From contig JAVEZW010000003.1 of NCBI GenBank assembly GCA_034002805.1, forward strand, positions 1 through 46,308: 46,308 nt of DNA, given 5' to 3'. The position numbers were made by a program, and so were the translations under genes. Position 1 is the first letter of the stretch; every line of letters starts with the position of its first letter. This document shows, piece after piece, positions 18,358-27,635 of this stretch. The notes below the pieces were generated by a model. The model ran no database searches, was not told the DNA's origin, and saw nothing but the letters and a program-made list of their open reading frames with translations. This DNA comes from Bacteroidales bacterium. GTDB taxonomy: Bacteria; Bacteroidota; Bacteroidia; Bacteroidales; UBA12077.

Positions 18358-20129
18358 TATGCAATTTTTCTTTCGTCAATAATTGTAAACAGTTCTTTCT
18401 CGTTCTGAATGTATTTTTCAGATTTAAATTCTGAATAATTCATTTGTCTCATTTGATTTATGATTCGTTTAAAGAAAGTAGCAACTTCTTCAAATGATTC
18501 GAAAGAGAATTTTGTATTATAGATATTTAAAACACTTGTTAGCATATATCTCTGACGTTCGAGAGAGCTTGAACAGTCAATTTTATCGAAAGCATCTTGT
18601 TGAAGAATAATAAAGTCGATAACTTCAGCTTTCCAGAATTTTTCGTGATAATCGATTGGAACACCATCATCACCTAAAATATTAATTTGTTCGGCCACTT
18701 CTCGTCCGCGAATTAGTATGTCGCGAGCTATCCTGATCTTTTCTGGCCATTCAGGCTCGATGTTTTTAATAAAATATTCTTCAACTTCAGGATATTCAGC
18801 ATATTTTGAATAACTATCAAGAGGATCAATTGCGGGATAACGTTTGCTATCGGCGCGTTGCTGAGAAAGGGCGTAGAAACAACGTGCTGCTTTCTTGGTT
18901 GATTCTGTTACTGGTTCTTTTAAGTTACCTCCAGCAGGTGATACAGTTCCTATAAAGGTAATTGATCCGGATGCACCATTGTTTAAGTAAACAAATCCTG
19001 CACGTGAATAGAAGTTTGAAATAATTGCAGGTAAGTCCATTGGGAAAGCATCTTGTCCTGGTAATTCCTCCATTCTGTTTGACATTTCGCGCAGAGCCTG
19101 TGCCCAACGTGAAGTGGAATCGGCAAGCATTAATACTTTTAATCCCATTGCACGATAGTATTCAGCAAGAGTCATTGCAGTATAAACAGAAGCTTCACGA
19201 GCTGCAACAGGCATGTTTGATGTGTTTGCGATAATAGTTGTTCTTTCCATCAATTTTCTGCCAGTACGAGGATCATCGAGCTCCGGAAATTCGCTAAAAA
19301 TCTCAACAACTTCATTTGCACGTTCACCGCAAGCTGCAACAATTATCATATCGGCATCTGCTTGTTTTGATAATGAATGCTGAAGAACGGTTTTTCCTGT
19401 TCCAAATGGACCCGGGATAAATCCTGTTCCTCCTTCTGCAATTGGATTAAGTGTATCAATTACCCGAACGCCTGTTTCGAGTAATTTAAATGGACGTGGC
19501 TTTTCTTTATAGGCTTTGATAGGAATTTTTACTGGCCATTTCTGAACCATTGTAACATTTATATCAATTCCTTTCGAATCGGTAATTACTGCAATAGTAT
19601 CATTAATTTTGTATTCACCTTCTTTAACAATACTCTTAACGGTATATTTTCCTTCTAACTTAAAAGGAACCATAATTTTATGAGGCATCCAGTTTTCCTT
19701 AACTTCGCCAAGCCAACCACCAGCTATAACTGAATCTCCAGGTTTAGCAATTGGTTTAAAAGCCCAAAGTTTATCATCCTCGAGAGGATTTGTATGCTCG
19801 CCGCGTTTAAGAAATACTCCTTCCATTTTATCAAGATCGTTTTGCAGTCCATCAAAGTTCTTTGAAAGGATTCCGGGACCTAATGTTACTTCAAGCATAT
19901 GACCAGTAAACTCAACGGTATCGTTTACTTTAAGTCCTCGAGTACTTTCAAATACCTGAACATAAGCCTGCGTACCCATAACTTTAATAACTTCCGCCAT
20001 CAACATCGTTCCCGACAAATTGATATAGCATATTTCGTTTTGATGAACAGGACCATCAACCTCTACAAAAACTAGGTTGGCAATGATACCTGCTACTTTT
20101 CCTGTTGTCATATTATTTTTTTTGTCCAT
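18357..20129 (-). CDS. ntpA: V/A-type ATPase catalytic subunit A
   Basis: 590-aa ORF. Walker A GPFGTGKTVLQHSLSK. Also MLADSTSRWAQALREMSNRMEELPGQDAFPMDL and the V-type-specific non-homologous insert. A more likely start is the 7th codon (ATG at 20111, MTTGKVAGI..), which sits 1 nt after the upstream gene's stop instead of overlapping it by 17 nt. Confidence 0.95.
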   Translation of the reverse strand: MDKKNNMTTGKVAGIIANLVFVEVDGPVHQNEICYINLSGTMLMAEVIKVMGTQAYVQVFESTRGLKVNDTVEFTGHMLEVTLGPGILSKNFDGLQNDLDKMEGVFLKRGEHTNPLEDDKLWAFKPIAKPGDSVIAGGWLGEVKENWMPHKIMVPFKLEGKYTVKSIVKEGEYKINDTIAVITDSKGIDINVTMVQKWPVKIPIKAYKEKPRPFKLLETGVRVIDTLNPIAEGGTGFIPGPFGTGKTVLQHSLSKQADADMIIVAACGERANEVVEIFSEFPELDDPRTGRKLMERTTIIANTSNMPVAAREASVYTAMTLAEYYRAMGLKVLMLADSTSRWAQALREMSNRMEELPGQDAFPMDLPAIISNFYSRAGFVYLNNGASGSITFIGTVSPAGGNLKEPVTESTKKAARCFYALSQQRADSKRYPAIDPLDSYSKYAEYPEVEEYFIKNIEPEWPEKIRIARDILIRGREVAEQINILGDDGVPIDYHEKFWKAEVIDFIILQQDAFDKIDCSSSLERQRYMLTSVLNIYNTKFSFESFEEVATFFKRIINQMRQMNYSEFKSEKYIQNEKELFTIIDERKIA

Positions 20130-20964
20130 TTAATGCAAATTCTTTGGTAAATTCAAATCCTGATTTTATATCCTTAATAATTTGTTTAAATATAGTTTGT
20201 CCCTTTTCTGGGTCAAGAGCTAACCATCGATAAGCGATATCAAGTTTTATTGTATATGCTAAAACTTTATCAATTGTAAAATACTCAAACAAAGTAAGAT
20301 CATCTATTTTATTCCATCGGAGCATATCAATTTCTCTCTCACTTGCCATGTAGTTTTCCTTATCATAAATACTTAATAATAAGGCAACAAGAGGAAATTC
20401 TGATTCTAAGCCGAAATCTTTTGATTTGTTGGTTATTATAGCTTCTGTTATTATATTTTTTCCAATAAGATGCTTTTCCGGATTAAAACCAAACTTTCGG
20501 CAATTAATTCCGGTTAAAATATTTTTAATGTTTCTATTGAACTCAAACCATTGCTTTAAGAATTTGTTTTTTGTTGTTAAAACATACTCATAATACATTT
20601 CGGTTAGAATATTCTCCCAGCTTTTATCAACTTTTTGAGTTTCGTCTTCGTTTTTATACAAATCGTAAAATTTGTACATGTATGAAGGAAGGGTGTTTTT
20701 TCTTTCTTTAGAAAACTCTAGTTCAAAATCTGATTTTAAATAGTTTCCAAGTGAATTAAATTTATTGAAATCTTCATTTAAAAAATGAAGTAAATTTTCA
20801 TTGTCATAAGGTAGAAAAAGGAGTTTAACCAATTTGTAATCATCTGGTTTTATCTGCTCTTCCAGCAGCTTTTTAAATTGAGGCATGCCAAAATTAATTC
20901 CGGAATTATTGAAAAAAATTTCAGTAAGTCCTGCAATAAAATAATGGTAATAATTTTGAGGCAT
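20113..20964 (-). CDS. DUF2764-like protein occupying the subunit C position of the V-type ATPase operon
   Basis: 283-aa soluble helical ORF between subunits E and A, tightly coupled to both (2-nt gap upstream). Bacteroidota V-type operons carry a DUF2764 gene at this position as I recall. No diagnostic motif could be verified by eye. Confidence 0.6.
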   Translation of the reverse strand: MPQNYYHYFIAGLTEIFFNNSGINFGMPQFKKLLEEQIKPDDYKLVKLLFLPYDNENLLHFLNEDFNKFNSLGNYLKSDFELEFSKERKNTLPSYMYKFYDLYKNEDETQKVDKSWENILTEMYYEYVLTTKNKFLKQWFEFNRNIKNILTGINCRKFGFNPEKHLIGKNIITEAIITNKSKDFGLESEFPLVALLLSIYDKENYMASEREIDMLRWNKIDDLTLFEYFTIDKVLAYTIKLDIAYRWLALDPEKGQTIFKQIIKDIKSGFEFTKEFALNGQKK

Positions 20965-20966
20965 AG

Positions 20967-21584
20967 TTATTCTCCCTGATATAACAGTTCAATTGTTTTG
21001 GCGCGTAAAAAACTTTTAAAGAAACTCTCAAAATCTTCTTCGGTAAAACTAATTTTATACGAACCATCAGCAGGGCCTATTTTAAATCCGCCTTTAATTG
21101 ATTCGCTGAAAGATAATTGTAAGTTGGTATTTAATTCTTTTGCTGATTTTTCTTTAAAATACTCTGTGAACTCTTTTTCAAGTTTAGCTGGTAATAAAAC
21201 CGAAAGGTCAATAGATTCATTTTTGTGCGGATTCCAGTTTTTTACAGCTGTTTCGATTATCTCTTTTACTAACTTGGTATCGTCAAATGATTTTTTAACA
21301 GGCTCCTCAATTACTTTACCAACTATTAAACCTGTAACTTGCTGTTTTACAGTACGCAATGTTTGCTTGGCTGCTAGTTGGATTTCTGAAGTGGTAATTT
21401 TTTGGATTTCTGAAGCTCTTTGCTCTGCTTTAGTAACAATTGCTTTTGCTTCTTTTTCTGCATTTTGCATTATTTTTAATGCCTCTGCTTTTGCATCAGT
21501 CAATATTTTATCTGCTTCCTGATTTGCTTTTTCAACTCCTTCGTTATAAAGCTTTTGGGTTAATTCCTGTAATTTATTTTCCAT
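20967..21584 (-). CDS. ntpE: V/A-type ATPase subunit E (peripheral stalk)
   Basis: 205-aa ORF. Long N-terminal A/K/E helix (EADKILTDAKAEALKIMQNAEKEAKAIVTKAEQRASEI) and a globular C-terminus (IKGGFKIGPADGSYKISFTEEDF), typical of subunit E. First gene of the operon. Confidence 0.75.
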   Translation of the reverse strand: MENKLQELTQKLYNEGVEKANQEADKILTDAKAEALKIMQNAEKEAKAIVTKAEQRASEIQKITTSEIQLAAKQTLRTVKQQVTGLIVGKVIEEPVKKSFDDTKLVKEIIETAVKNWNPHKNESIDLSVLLPAKLEKEFTEYFKEKSAKELNTNLQLSFSESIKGGFKIGPADGSYKISFTEEDFESFFKSFLRAKTIELLYQGE

Positions 21585-21623
21585 ATGAAGTTCCTTTTTA
21601 TATGCTTTTATAAAACCGAACTA

Positions 21624-21631
21624 CAAAGCTA
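21624..21631 (-). promoter_or_regulatory. Candidate -7 promoter box (TAgcTTTG on minus strand) for V-type ATPase operon
   Basis: Plus strand reads caaagcta, which is TAGCTTTG on the minus strand, about 40 nt upstream of the subunit E ATG. No well-spaced -33 element seen. Confidence 0.3.
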
Positions 21632-21722
21632 TGAAATTAATAATTAAAAATAAATGATGAATAAGGCTTATTTCAAATTAAAAATAAGTTATTAAACACA
21701 TTCCTTATAGACAACAAAAAGC

Positions 21723-22115
21723 TTATTGTTGCCTGTTGTGATGTTTAAAAAATGGAAGGATTATTATTACCTCAAAAACTGTGTATGCAATATACAAAAC
21801 TATAAAAGAAATCAAAAATGAAACTGCTTGTTTAGGATTTAAGAATGAGTAACTTATGATAAAAAAAAGATAGAAAATCATTTTTAAACCAGTGATGAGG
21901 ATAAATCTACTCGAGAATTTTGAATGGCTTTGGGTGGAAAGTTTTATTAATAAAAAATGTATTAGGGCCGTTAAAACTGACATTCCAATTAAAATTAACC
22001 AATATACTGGAAGATAATTCGCCGAAAAAACAGTTTTAAACAATACAAACGAAACAACAGCTATAATAAGGGTGAAAATAATGTTCTTTATAAGTATTTT
22101 TGTTATTGGCTGCAT
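21723..22115 (-). CDS. Small 4-TM membrane protein (possible F-ATPase-associated AtpI/DUF6168-like protein)
   Basis: 130-aa ORF with four hydrophobic helices and a basic C-terminus (KHHNRQQ). The tentative family suggestion rests only on size, topology and its position next to a bactofilin gene upstream of ATPase genes. Confidence 0.55.
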   Translation of the reverse strand: MQPITKILIKNIIFTLIIAVVSFVLFKTVFSANYLPVYWLILIGMSVLTALIHFLLIKLSTQSHSKFSSRFILITGLKMIFYLFFIISYSFLNPKQAVSFLISFIVLYIAYTVFEVIIILPFFKHHNRQQ

Positions 22116-22225
22116 TAAAACTTTTAATTTATTATATTACAAATGGTTAAATTGCTTTTTACCTGAAGGTACTGCTAAATTACAGTTGCTGAAAAATAGC
22201 AGCTCCCCAAATCTAAAATGAAAAG

Positions 22226-22624
22226 TTATTTTACGCCGGTTGTGTTATCTGTTTTTACAAATGGGGTTGTTTCTTCGCCCATATTACAATTTCCGGTGAA
22301 TTTTGAACCAGGTTCAATAGCTAATTTTTTGGTAGTAATGTCACCGAAGATTTTTGATGTAGCTTTAAGAGAAAGTAATTCGCTAACTTTTATTTTGCCT
22401 TTTATTTCGCCAAGTACTTCGGAGTTTTTACAAACAATTTCGCCATGAATTTTACCTGTTTCTCCAATAACAAGTTTCCCTGTAGTACTTAAGTTTCCTG
22501 TTAATGATCCATCAATTCTAATATCTCCGTTTGAGGTTATATCTCCTTTTATTTCAGTACCAACTCCAATAAGGTTTATTGCGGCGGTTACTTCTGTCTC
22601 ATTATTTTTTGCCATATCTTGCAA
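22226..22624 (-). CDS. Bactofilin (polymer-forming cytoskeletal protein, DUF583)
   Basis: 132-aa ORF made of beta-helix repeats: IGVGTEIKGDITSNGDIRIDGSLTGNLSTTGKLVIGETGKIHGEIVCKNSEVLGEIKGKIKVSELLSLKATSKIFGDITTKKLAIEPGSKFTGNCNM. An alternative start is M4 (MAKNNE, ATG at 22615). Confidence 0.85.
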   Translation of the reverse strand: MQDMAKNNETEVTAAINLIGVGTEIKGDITSNGDIRIDGSLTGNLSTTGKLVIGETGKIHGEIVCKNSEVLGEIKGKIKVSELLSLKATSKIFGDITTKKLAIEPGSKFTGNCNMGEETTPFVKTDNTTGVK

Positions 22625-22753
22625 ATTTATGGTTTTACTTAATCAAGTTTGTTGGAAAACGACAAATATAAATAAATTATTTTTTAACCTGTGATTAAAA
22701 GTTATCTCAAATGTACTTATAAAATAATTAATTGTATCTAAACTGCTTATTAA

Positions 22754-25660
22754 TTAAAGCTGAGAGATATTTATTCCGAAGATCAACTCGGAAAAAATAC
22801 TGTTTGAATAATTTGTATAACCAACTCGAACACCCGTATTTAATGGAAAAATCATACGCAACAAATGGTAATCAACAGATATTTCGAATCCATAACTCAT
22901 CAAATTATAGTTTGCCCAAAATATTGTATTTGTATTATTATCGAGTGCTCTGAATTTATTATTTGCATAATTAAAGAAAAGATCTCCTTTTATTCGTTTT
23001 ATGTAAGCCACGGGTCCAATGCTCCAATCGGGATAAGCAACTGGAAAAACATAATCAATATTAAATTTTGATAACTTTTCTGTTCTAAATTCTTTTATAC
23101 CATGCGGAAAACTAAAATTAGTTGCTAAAAGATACATCTCCGGTTCCTGAAACTGGTAGCCAGCATTAAGTTTTATTCCATGGTTCTTAAAAAACCCTGG
23201 TAAATAAACTGATCCATCAAAATTAGCCATAAATCCGAATAACTCATTCTCGAGTGGAGTATTAAATAATTTTATATCAACCAATAGTCCTGCCCGGGGC
23301 TGAATGTCTCTTGTTGAAGTTCGTTTTAACCAATAAAATAATATCTGTTCATTAAAAAAAGCATTACCAGAAATGTAATAATCATCAACATAATTATAGT
23401 AATATGAATTCTGAAAATCAATATTAAGTCGCGGTATAAAACCTCCAACCATATTTCCGGAGGAAATATTTACCGGAATGTAAATATCAAGATTATAAGA
23501 GAAGTCGTTATAGCTTAGCTCTGGAAACCAAGTGGTGTTTTCGGGCGCAAAATATTGATGCAAATTGCCATAATTAGCCGAGAATTTAAGGACAGGCAAA
23601 AGTCCTTTATAAATTATAGATGTTTCAAAATAATGATGTCCGTTTTTATAAGCATAACCAACCACTGTTTCTGTTGTACTAAGTTTATTTTGAGATAAAA
23701 GCATTATCCCAGGATGAATAATGGTGGTTAATTTTTCTGGTTCTGTTAAAAACCCATTAAGTGTTTCGTTTGAATAATCAAAATAAAAAGGAGTCCAGCT
23801 ATGAAAACTAAATGTGCTCAACAGTTTATAATACCTTCGTACAGGATATTTTACCGATGATAATTCTTTACCCCTGTCATTTTCTGACTCCTGATTGGTT
23901 AATGCTTCAGAAAATACCATCTCGTTCTTTTTTGTGTCTAAAATCTTCCATAATCCTCTTTCTATGGGAATCACCCCTAACCTATTTCCCTGCGAAGAAT
24001 ATTCTGCAACAATAATATCTTTGTTATTCTTATCAATACAAAAATTGGTAATCCCCGATGCAGAGAGTGATATCTGATATTCTTCCTTTGTTACTGGATC
24101 AAACACACAAACCTCATCGTTGCCATTTTTTGTTGAGTGGAAAAAGAGATAGTTATTCGATGGTATAATTCTCTGTATATCTGCGCTTTCAGATTGCAAA
24201 ACCATTTCCCTCAACCTATTTTCGAAACTATACTTTGAAACCTGCTTACCATTATTATCTGTAAGCTCAATCAGATAAATGCTTTTTGAATCGGCTGTCC
24301 ATTTGGGCCTCATTATAAAATTAGAGCAAGGAATCCGATAGTGAACTTCACCGTTGAACGAACTTATAACAGTCAAAAAATACTGATTATCAGGAGTAAC
24401 CTCAACTACGGCAATTTTGTTTGCATCGGGCGAAATATCTGGACTAAAATAACGACTTTTTAAAACTACCGTCCGTACTTTTTTTGTTTCGATATTCATC
24501 ATTTTTATGGAGGAATACTCTTTGTTTTGCCATCGAAAATGAGGTTTATATTCAGCCCATACTAAAAACTTTTTTGCCACAGAAAAATCTTCGGAAACCA
24601 ATACACCTGGTTCAATAATTATTGATTCGCTTTCGGGACTAATAATTACAAACTGAGGAATGTGGTTTAATCCTTTTTTTAAGGCAATTACCTGGTTTGT
24701 ATCGAATGAACCCGGGTTGATATAATCTTCGTACTGTTTAATTTTGTATTGCTGAAAAGGAATTGGTCGGATTGGTGGATTTCTTTCTTCTTTTTTAATA
24801 TAAACACTATCAAGGTAATTAAGCGTTTCATTATATAACTGCTTTTGATTTAACCCGGTCTGCTTTTTTAATCCTAATGAAAAAGCCAATGGTGTTGGAA
24901 AAAGAGAATAGGAATTTCGTGCAACAAAGTTATGAGTTGAACTCACTGCTTTATTTCCATATTTTGTTCTGAGATAAGCAGTTAACTGATATCCAAATTC
25001 ATAATGGTTAGGTACATATTGATTATACGAACCGAAGAGCATTTGATCTAAACTAAACCATTTTTCGTCGCTCAATAAATGCGTTTTTATGTTTTTTTCG
25101 AATGCGGGAGATCGCCCGCGACCAAATTTTCCAAAAGCTGTTTCAGTACATACAGCATCACCTTCGTAATACCACATGGGCAATTGGCCTGCAGTCATTC
25201 CTACAGCCATCTGACCAAATAGAATACCCAGAATTTTTGTTATTCCCTGATCTAACTTATCAATTTGAACCACATGGCGCAACTCATGAACGCACAAATG
25301 TTCTAGCCATGGATCGGGCAATAGATCCTGCGATGGTGTTGCATATAATTCCATTCTTTTCGGAGCCCAGCTTACATAACCATTCGACCGAATGGTTTGA
25401 TTATGCACAACAACCGATATTTTTTTGGGTTGATGGTCTAATGATTGACTTGCGGAGAGATAATAACTCTCAAGGATATTAGCTATCTTTTGAGCTTCTG
25501 CTTCGTATTTACGATCAAAAAGTACCTGAAAGTGGTTGGTATTAATTTGACTCCATTTAATATTTGCAGGCTCTTGCCCTGTTGAATAAAACTGAGCAAA
25601 AATCTTATTACATAAAAAAATAACTACAATAAGCAATATGAACCGAAGTTGTTTGCCCAT
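22754..25660 (-). CDS. Large secreted/outer-membrane protein: N-terminal HExxH zinc-peptidase-like domain, central TolB-like beta-propeller, C-terminal beta-barrel-like region
   Basis: 968-aa ORF. Signal peptide MGKQLRFILLIVVIFLCNKIFAQ. HELRH at aa 125-129 (nt 25274-25288) followed by WYYEGDA, a possible third ligand Glu. The middle has repeated strand-rich units (SPDISPDANKIAVVEV, KWTADSKSIYLIEL). The last ~350 aa are rich in alternating aromatic/polar residues (Y/F/N), as in OM barrels. Confidence 0.75.
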   Translation of the reverse strand: MGKQLRFILLIVVIFLCNKIFAQFYSTGQEPANIKWSQINTNHFQVLFDRKYEAEAQKIANILESYYLSASQSLDHQPKKISVVVHNQTIRSNGYVSWAPKRMELYATPSQDLLPDPWLEHLCVHELRHVVQIDKLDQGITKILGILFGQMAVGMTAGQLPMWYYEGDAVCTETAFGKFGRGRSPAFEKNIKTHLLSDEKWFSLDQMLFGSYNQYVPNHYEFGYQLTAYLRTKYGNKAVSSTHNFVARNSYSLFPTPLAFSLGLKKQTGLNQKQLYNETLNYLDSVYIKKEERNPPIRPIPFQQYKIKQYEDYINPGSFDTNQVIALKKGLNHIPQFVIISPESESIIIEPGVLVSEDFSVAKKFLVWAEYKPHFRWQNKEYSSIKMMNIETKKVRTVVLKSRYFSPDISPDANKIAVVEVTPDNQYFLTVISSFNGEVHYRIPCSNFIMRPKWTADSKSIYLIELTDNNGKQVSKYSFENRLREMVLQSESADIQRIIPSNNYLFFHSTKNGNDEVCVFDPVTKEEYQISLSASGITNFCIDKNNKDIIVAEYSSQGNRLGVIPIERGLWKILDTKKNEMVFSEALTNQESENDRGKELSSVKYPVRRYYKLLSTFSFHSWTPFYFDYSNETLNGFLTEPEKLTTIIHPGIMLLSQNKLSTTETVVGYAYKNGHHYFETSIIYKGLLPVLKFSANYGNLHQYFAPENTTWFPELSYNDFSYNLDIYIPVNISSGNMVGGFIPRLNIDFQNSYYYNYVDDYYISGNAFFNEQILFYWLKRTSTRDIQPRAGLLVDIKLFNTPLENELFGFMANFDGSVYLPGFFKNHGIKLNAGYQFQEPEMYLLATNFSFPHGIKEFRTEKLSKFNIDYVFPVAYPDWSIGPVAYIKRIKGDLFFNYANNKFRALDNNTNTIFWANYNLMSYGFEISVDYHLLRMIFPLNTGVRVGYTNYSNSIFSELIFGINISQL

Positions 25661-25666
25661 TTATAT

Positions 25667-27268
25667 TTATTGGATAATTATCTTTTGGCTATAATAACCC
25701 ATGTCTGTTGATAAACGAATTACATAAAAACCGCTTGCAATATGTTGAACAGAAATCTGATCCATAAACCCTCCTTGCTGCTTATAATCTGCCTGCTCCA
25801 AAACAATCTCTCCTTGCAGGTTAATTAATTCAATCTTTATATTTGTTGATTTTAACAATTTGCCAGATATTGAAATATTATCTTGCACAAGATTAGTGAT
25901 TGCAATATTTTCAAATCCATTGTAAGCAAACTCGGTACTCATTGGATCGGCAATAGTAAAATGATATTCGTCACTTAATAAAATGATATTATCAGAAATA
26001 TCGTATCCGGCAATTTTAAAATAGATTTCAGTTCCGATTGGAAACTGGCTAATTATACCACTGTATGTATTTCCGGCCGCTGACATAACTATTCTGTTCG
26101 AATAATTGCCCGAAGTATTGCCCCAAATAATTCTTACCTGATTAACTTTGTTTTGAGAATCAGTAATCGTAGCAAAAACCGTTGTTGTACTTAATGAGTT
26201 TGGTGTAATAGGATTTGTATTGATGTTACTCACATTAAGCTCAGAAACCGAAGTCTGATCAACTTTTAGTTCCAGGTAAACAGGCAAATGATCAGACATA
26301 TTATACAATGCCTGAGCTACAGATGAAGGAACTGAGGTATTTGTTGAAATATTAATTGAGCTGTTAAATGCATTTCCATCCTGACCGATTGCTTTATAAG
26401 ATCCGGAAACAAATGCAACTTTCTGTGTGCCATTCATGATATAATCTGAGGCAAGAATAAAATCAAACCGATCATCCATTCCGCCTCCTGCATGGCAATC
26501 GCCACTCACATGTGTTGATTGGGTATGAACAAACCGGTAATTGTAATTATTATTCCAATCGCCAATCTGATTTGCCGGATCGTAAAATTTATAAAGAGAA
26601 TTTGATGGATTAATTAGTTTCTGAAATGCTCCTTCGGATGAAGTATATAAATTTAAATCACCCATAAAAAGATAATTTCCCGGTATTCCTAAATCAGTAA
26701 GGTAATCCATAACGATTCCTGCTTCCACAACACGCTCCTGAACATCTTCGGAATAACTGCCTGCTTTAAAATGAGCAACAATGCAAGTTACAAAGGCTGT
26801 GTCATTCGTAGTTGCCAGGTCGGGGGCATTGTAATAAAAGGTATAAACGTTATAAACCTTATCGGTGGAAATATTAAAACTTATAGGGGTATGCTTTTTA
26901 AGTTTTAATTTTTGTGAATTATAAAAAATTGTGTTTGCCAGATAAGTCTGCGGAAAAGGAGTACGACTATAATAATCCACTCCATCAACATTCAATGCAT
27001 TGTTCAATAAATAAGTCGCATCATCAGTCATTGGATACGAATTATTTCCATCGAGTTCATTAACACTAAAAATATCGGGTTTAACATACTTTATTATAGT
27101 TTTTAGATACCCGTTTTTTGCATCAACTGCATTATTTACGCTTGTACAATACGATGTGTTTTTGCCATAATACAATAAGTTATAATGCATTACTTTTAAT
27201 GTGTCCTGGGCCTTAGCATAAATGCTTATCAATACTATAGAAACTAAAAAAAATCGTTTTACATTCAT
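25667..27268 (-). CDS. Endonuclease/exonuclease/phosphatase (EEP) family protein with T9SS C-terminal sorting domain
   Basis: 533-aa ORF. Signal peptide MNVKRFFLVSIVLISIYAKAQ. EEP blocks LKVMHYNLLYYG, IFSVNELDG, FMGDLNLY, GGMDDRFDFILAS, SDHLPVYLEL. The C-terminal ~80 aa (IKIELINLQGEIVLEQ...SGFYVIRLSTDMGYYSQKIIIQ) look like the Por/T9SS CTD. The stop is 6 nt before the next gene's start. Confidence 0.85.
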   Translation of the reverse strand: MNVKRFFLVSIVLISIYAKAQDTLKVMHYNLLYYGKNTSYCTSVNNAVDAKNGYLKTIIKYVKPDIFSVNELDGNNSYPMTDDATYLLNNALNVDGVDYYSRTPFPQTYLANTIFYNSQKLKLKKHTPISFNISTDKVYNVYTFYYNAPDLATTNDTAFVTCIVAHFKAGSYSEDVQERVVEAGIVMDYLTDLGIPGNYLFMGDLNLYTSSEGAFQKLINPSNSLYKFYDPANQIGDWNNNYNYRFVHTQSTHVSGDCHAGGGMDDRFDFILASDYIMNGTQKVAFVSGSYKAIGQDGNAFNSSINISTNTSVPSSVAQALYNMSDHLPVYLELKVDQTSVSELNVSNINTNPITPNSLSTTTVFATITDSQNKVNQVRIIWGNTSGNYSNRIVMSAAGNTYSGIISQFPIGTEIYFKIAGYDISDNIILLSDEYHFTIADPMSTEFAYNGFENIAITNLVQDNISISGKLLKSTNIKIELINLQGEIVLEQADYKQQGGFMDQISVQHIASGFYVIRLSTDMGYYSQKIIIQ

Positions 27269-27287
27269 CTTTGCAATATTCCTTTTA

Positions 27288-27635
27288 TTAGATTTTTGTA
27301 GCCTTGTATCCCTTTGCTGAAAGGATTTGAATCAATTTATCTCTGAAATCACCCTGAATAATAATTTCTCCATCCTTAATTGTTCCTCCAACGGCACATT
27401 TTGATTTAAGAAATTTTGCCAGATCTTTTAAATCTTCCTCTGTTCCAATAAATCCGTTAACAACCGTTGCCTGTTTCCCTTTTGATCGGGCTTTTGAATC
27501 CATATAAATTTTTAAACGTTGTTTTTCCGGATTAAGAGTTACCTGCTCTTGTTGTACAGATTCTGTTTCATAGTTAAAATCTGGATTTGTACTATAAACA
27601 ATATCTTTTCTATCTTTCCATTTATTCGTTTTCAT
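27288..27635 (-). CDS. yciH: Translation initiation factor SUI1/YciH family protein
   Basis: 115-aa ORF. Contains VYSTNPDF... and RSKGKQATVVNGFIGTEEDLKDLAKFLKSKCAVGGTIKDGEIIIQGDFRDKLIQILSAKGY, which is the typical bacterial YciH layout. Confidence 0.9.
   Translation of the reverse strand: MKTNKWKDRKDIVYSTNPDFNYETESVQQEQVTLNPEKQRLKIYMDSKARSKGKQATVVNGFIGTEEDLKDLAKFLKSKCAVGGTIKDGEIIIQGDFRDKLIQILSAKGYKATKI

Noticed and set aside
20998-21522. 174-aa plus-strand ORF
   Set aside because: It lies entirely antisense inside the well-supported V-type subunit E gene. The translation is low-complexity (S/F/L-rich) with no motif. It is a typical shadow ORF in an AT-rich gene.
22622-22629. TAaaTTTG -7 box match (plus strand caaattta)
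   Set aside because: It overlaps the predicted bactofilin start codon itself, so it cannot serve that start. Other matches further upstream (22663-22670, 22708-22715) are equally plausible, and the motif occurs by chance in AT-rich DNA.
25102-25482. 126-aa plus-strand ORF
   Set aside because: Antisense inside the 968-aa gene, exactly over its HExxH region. No start context or motif supports it.
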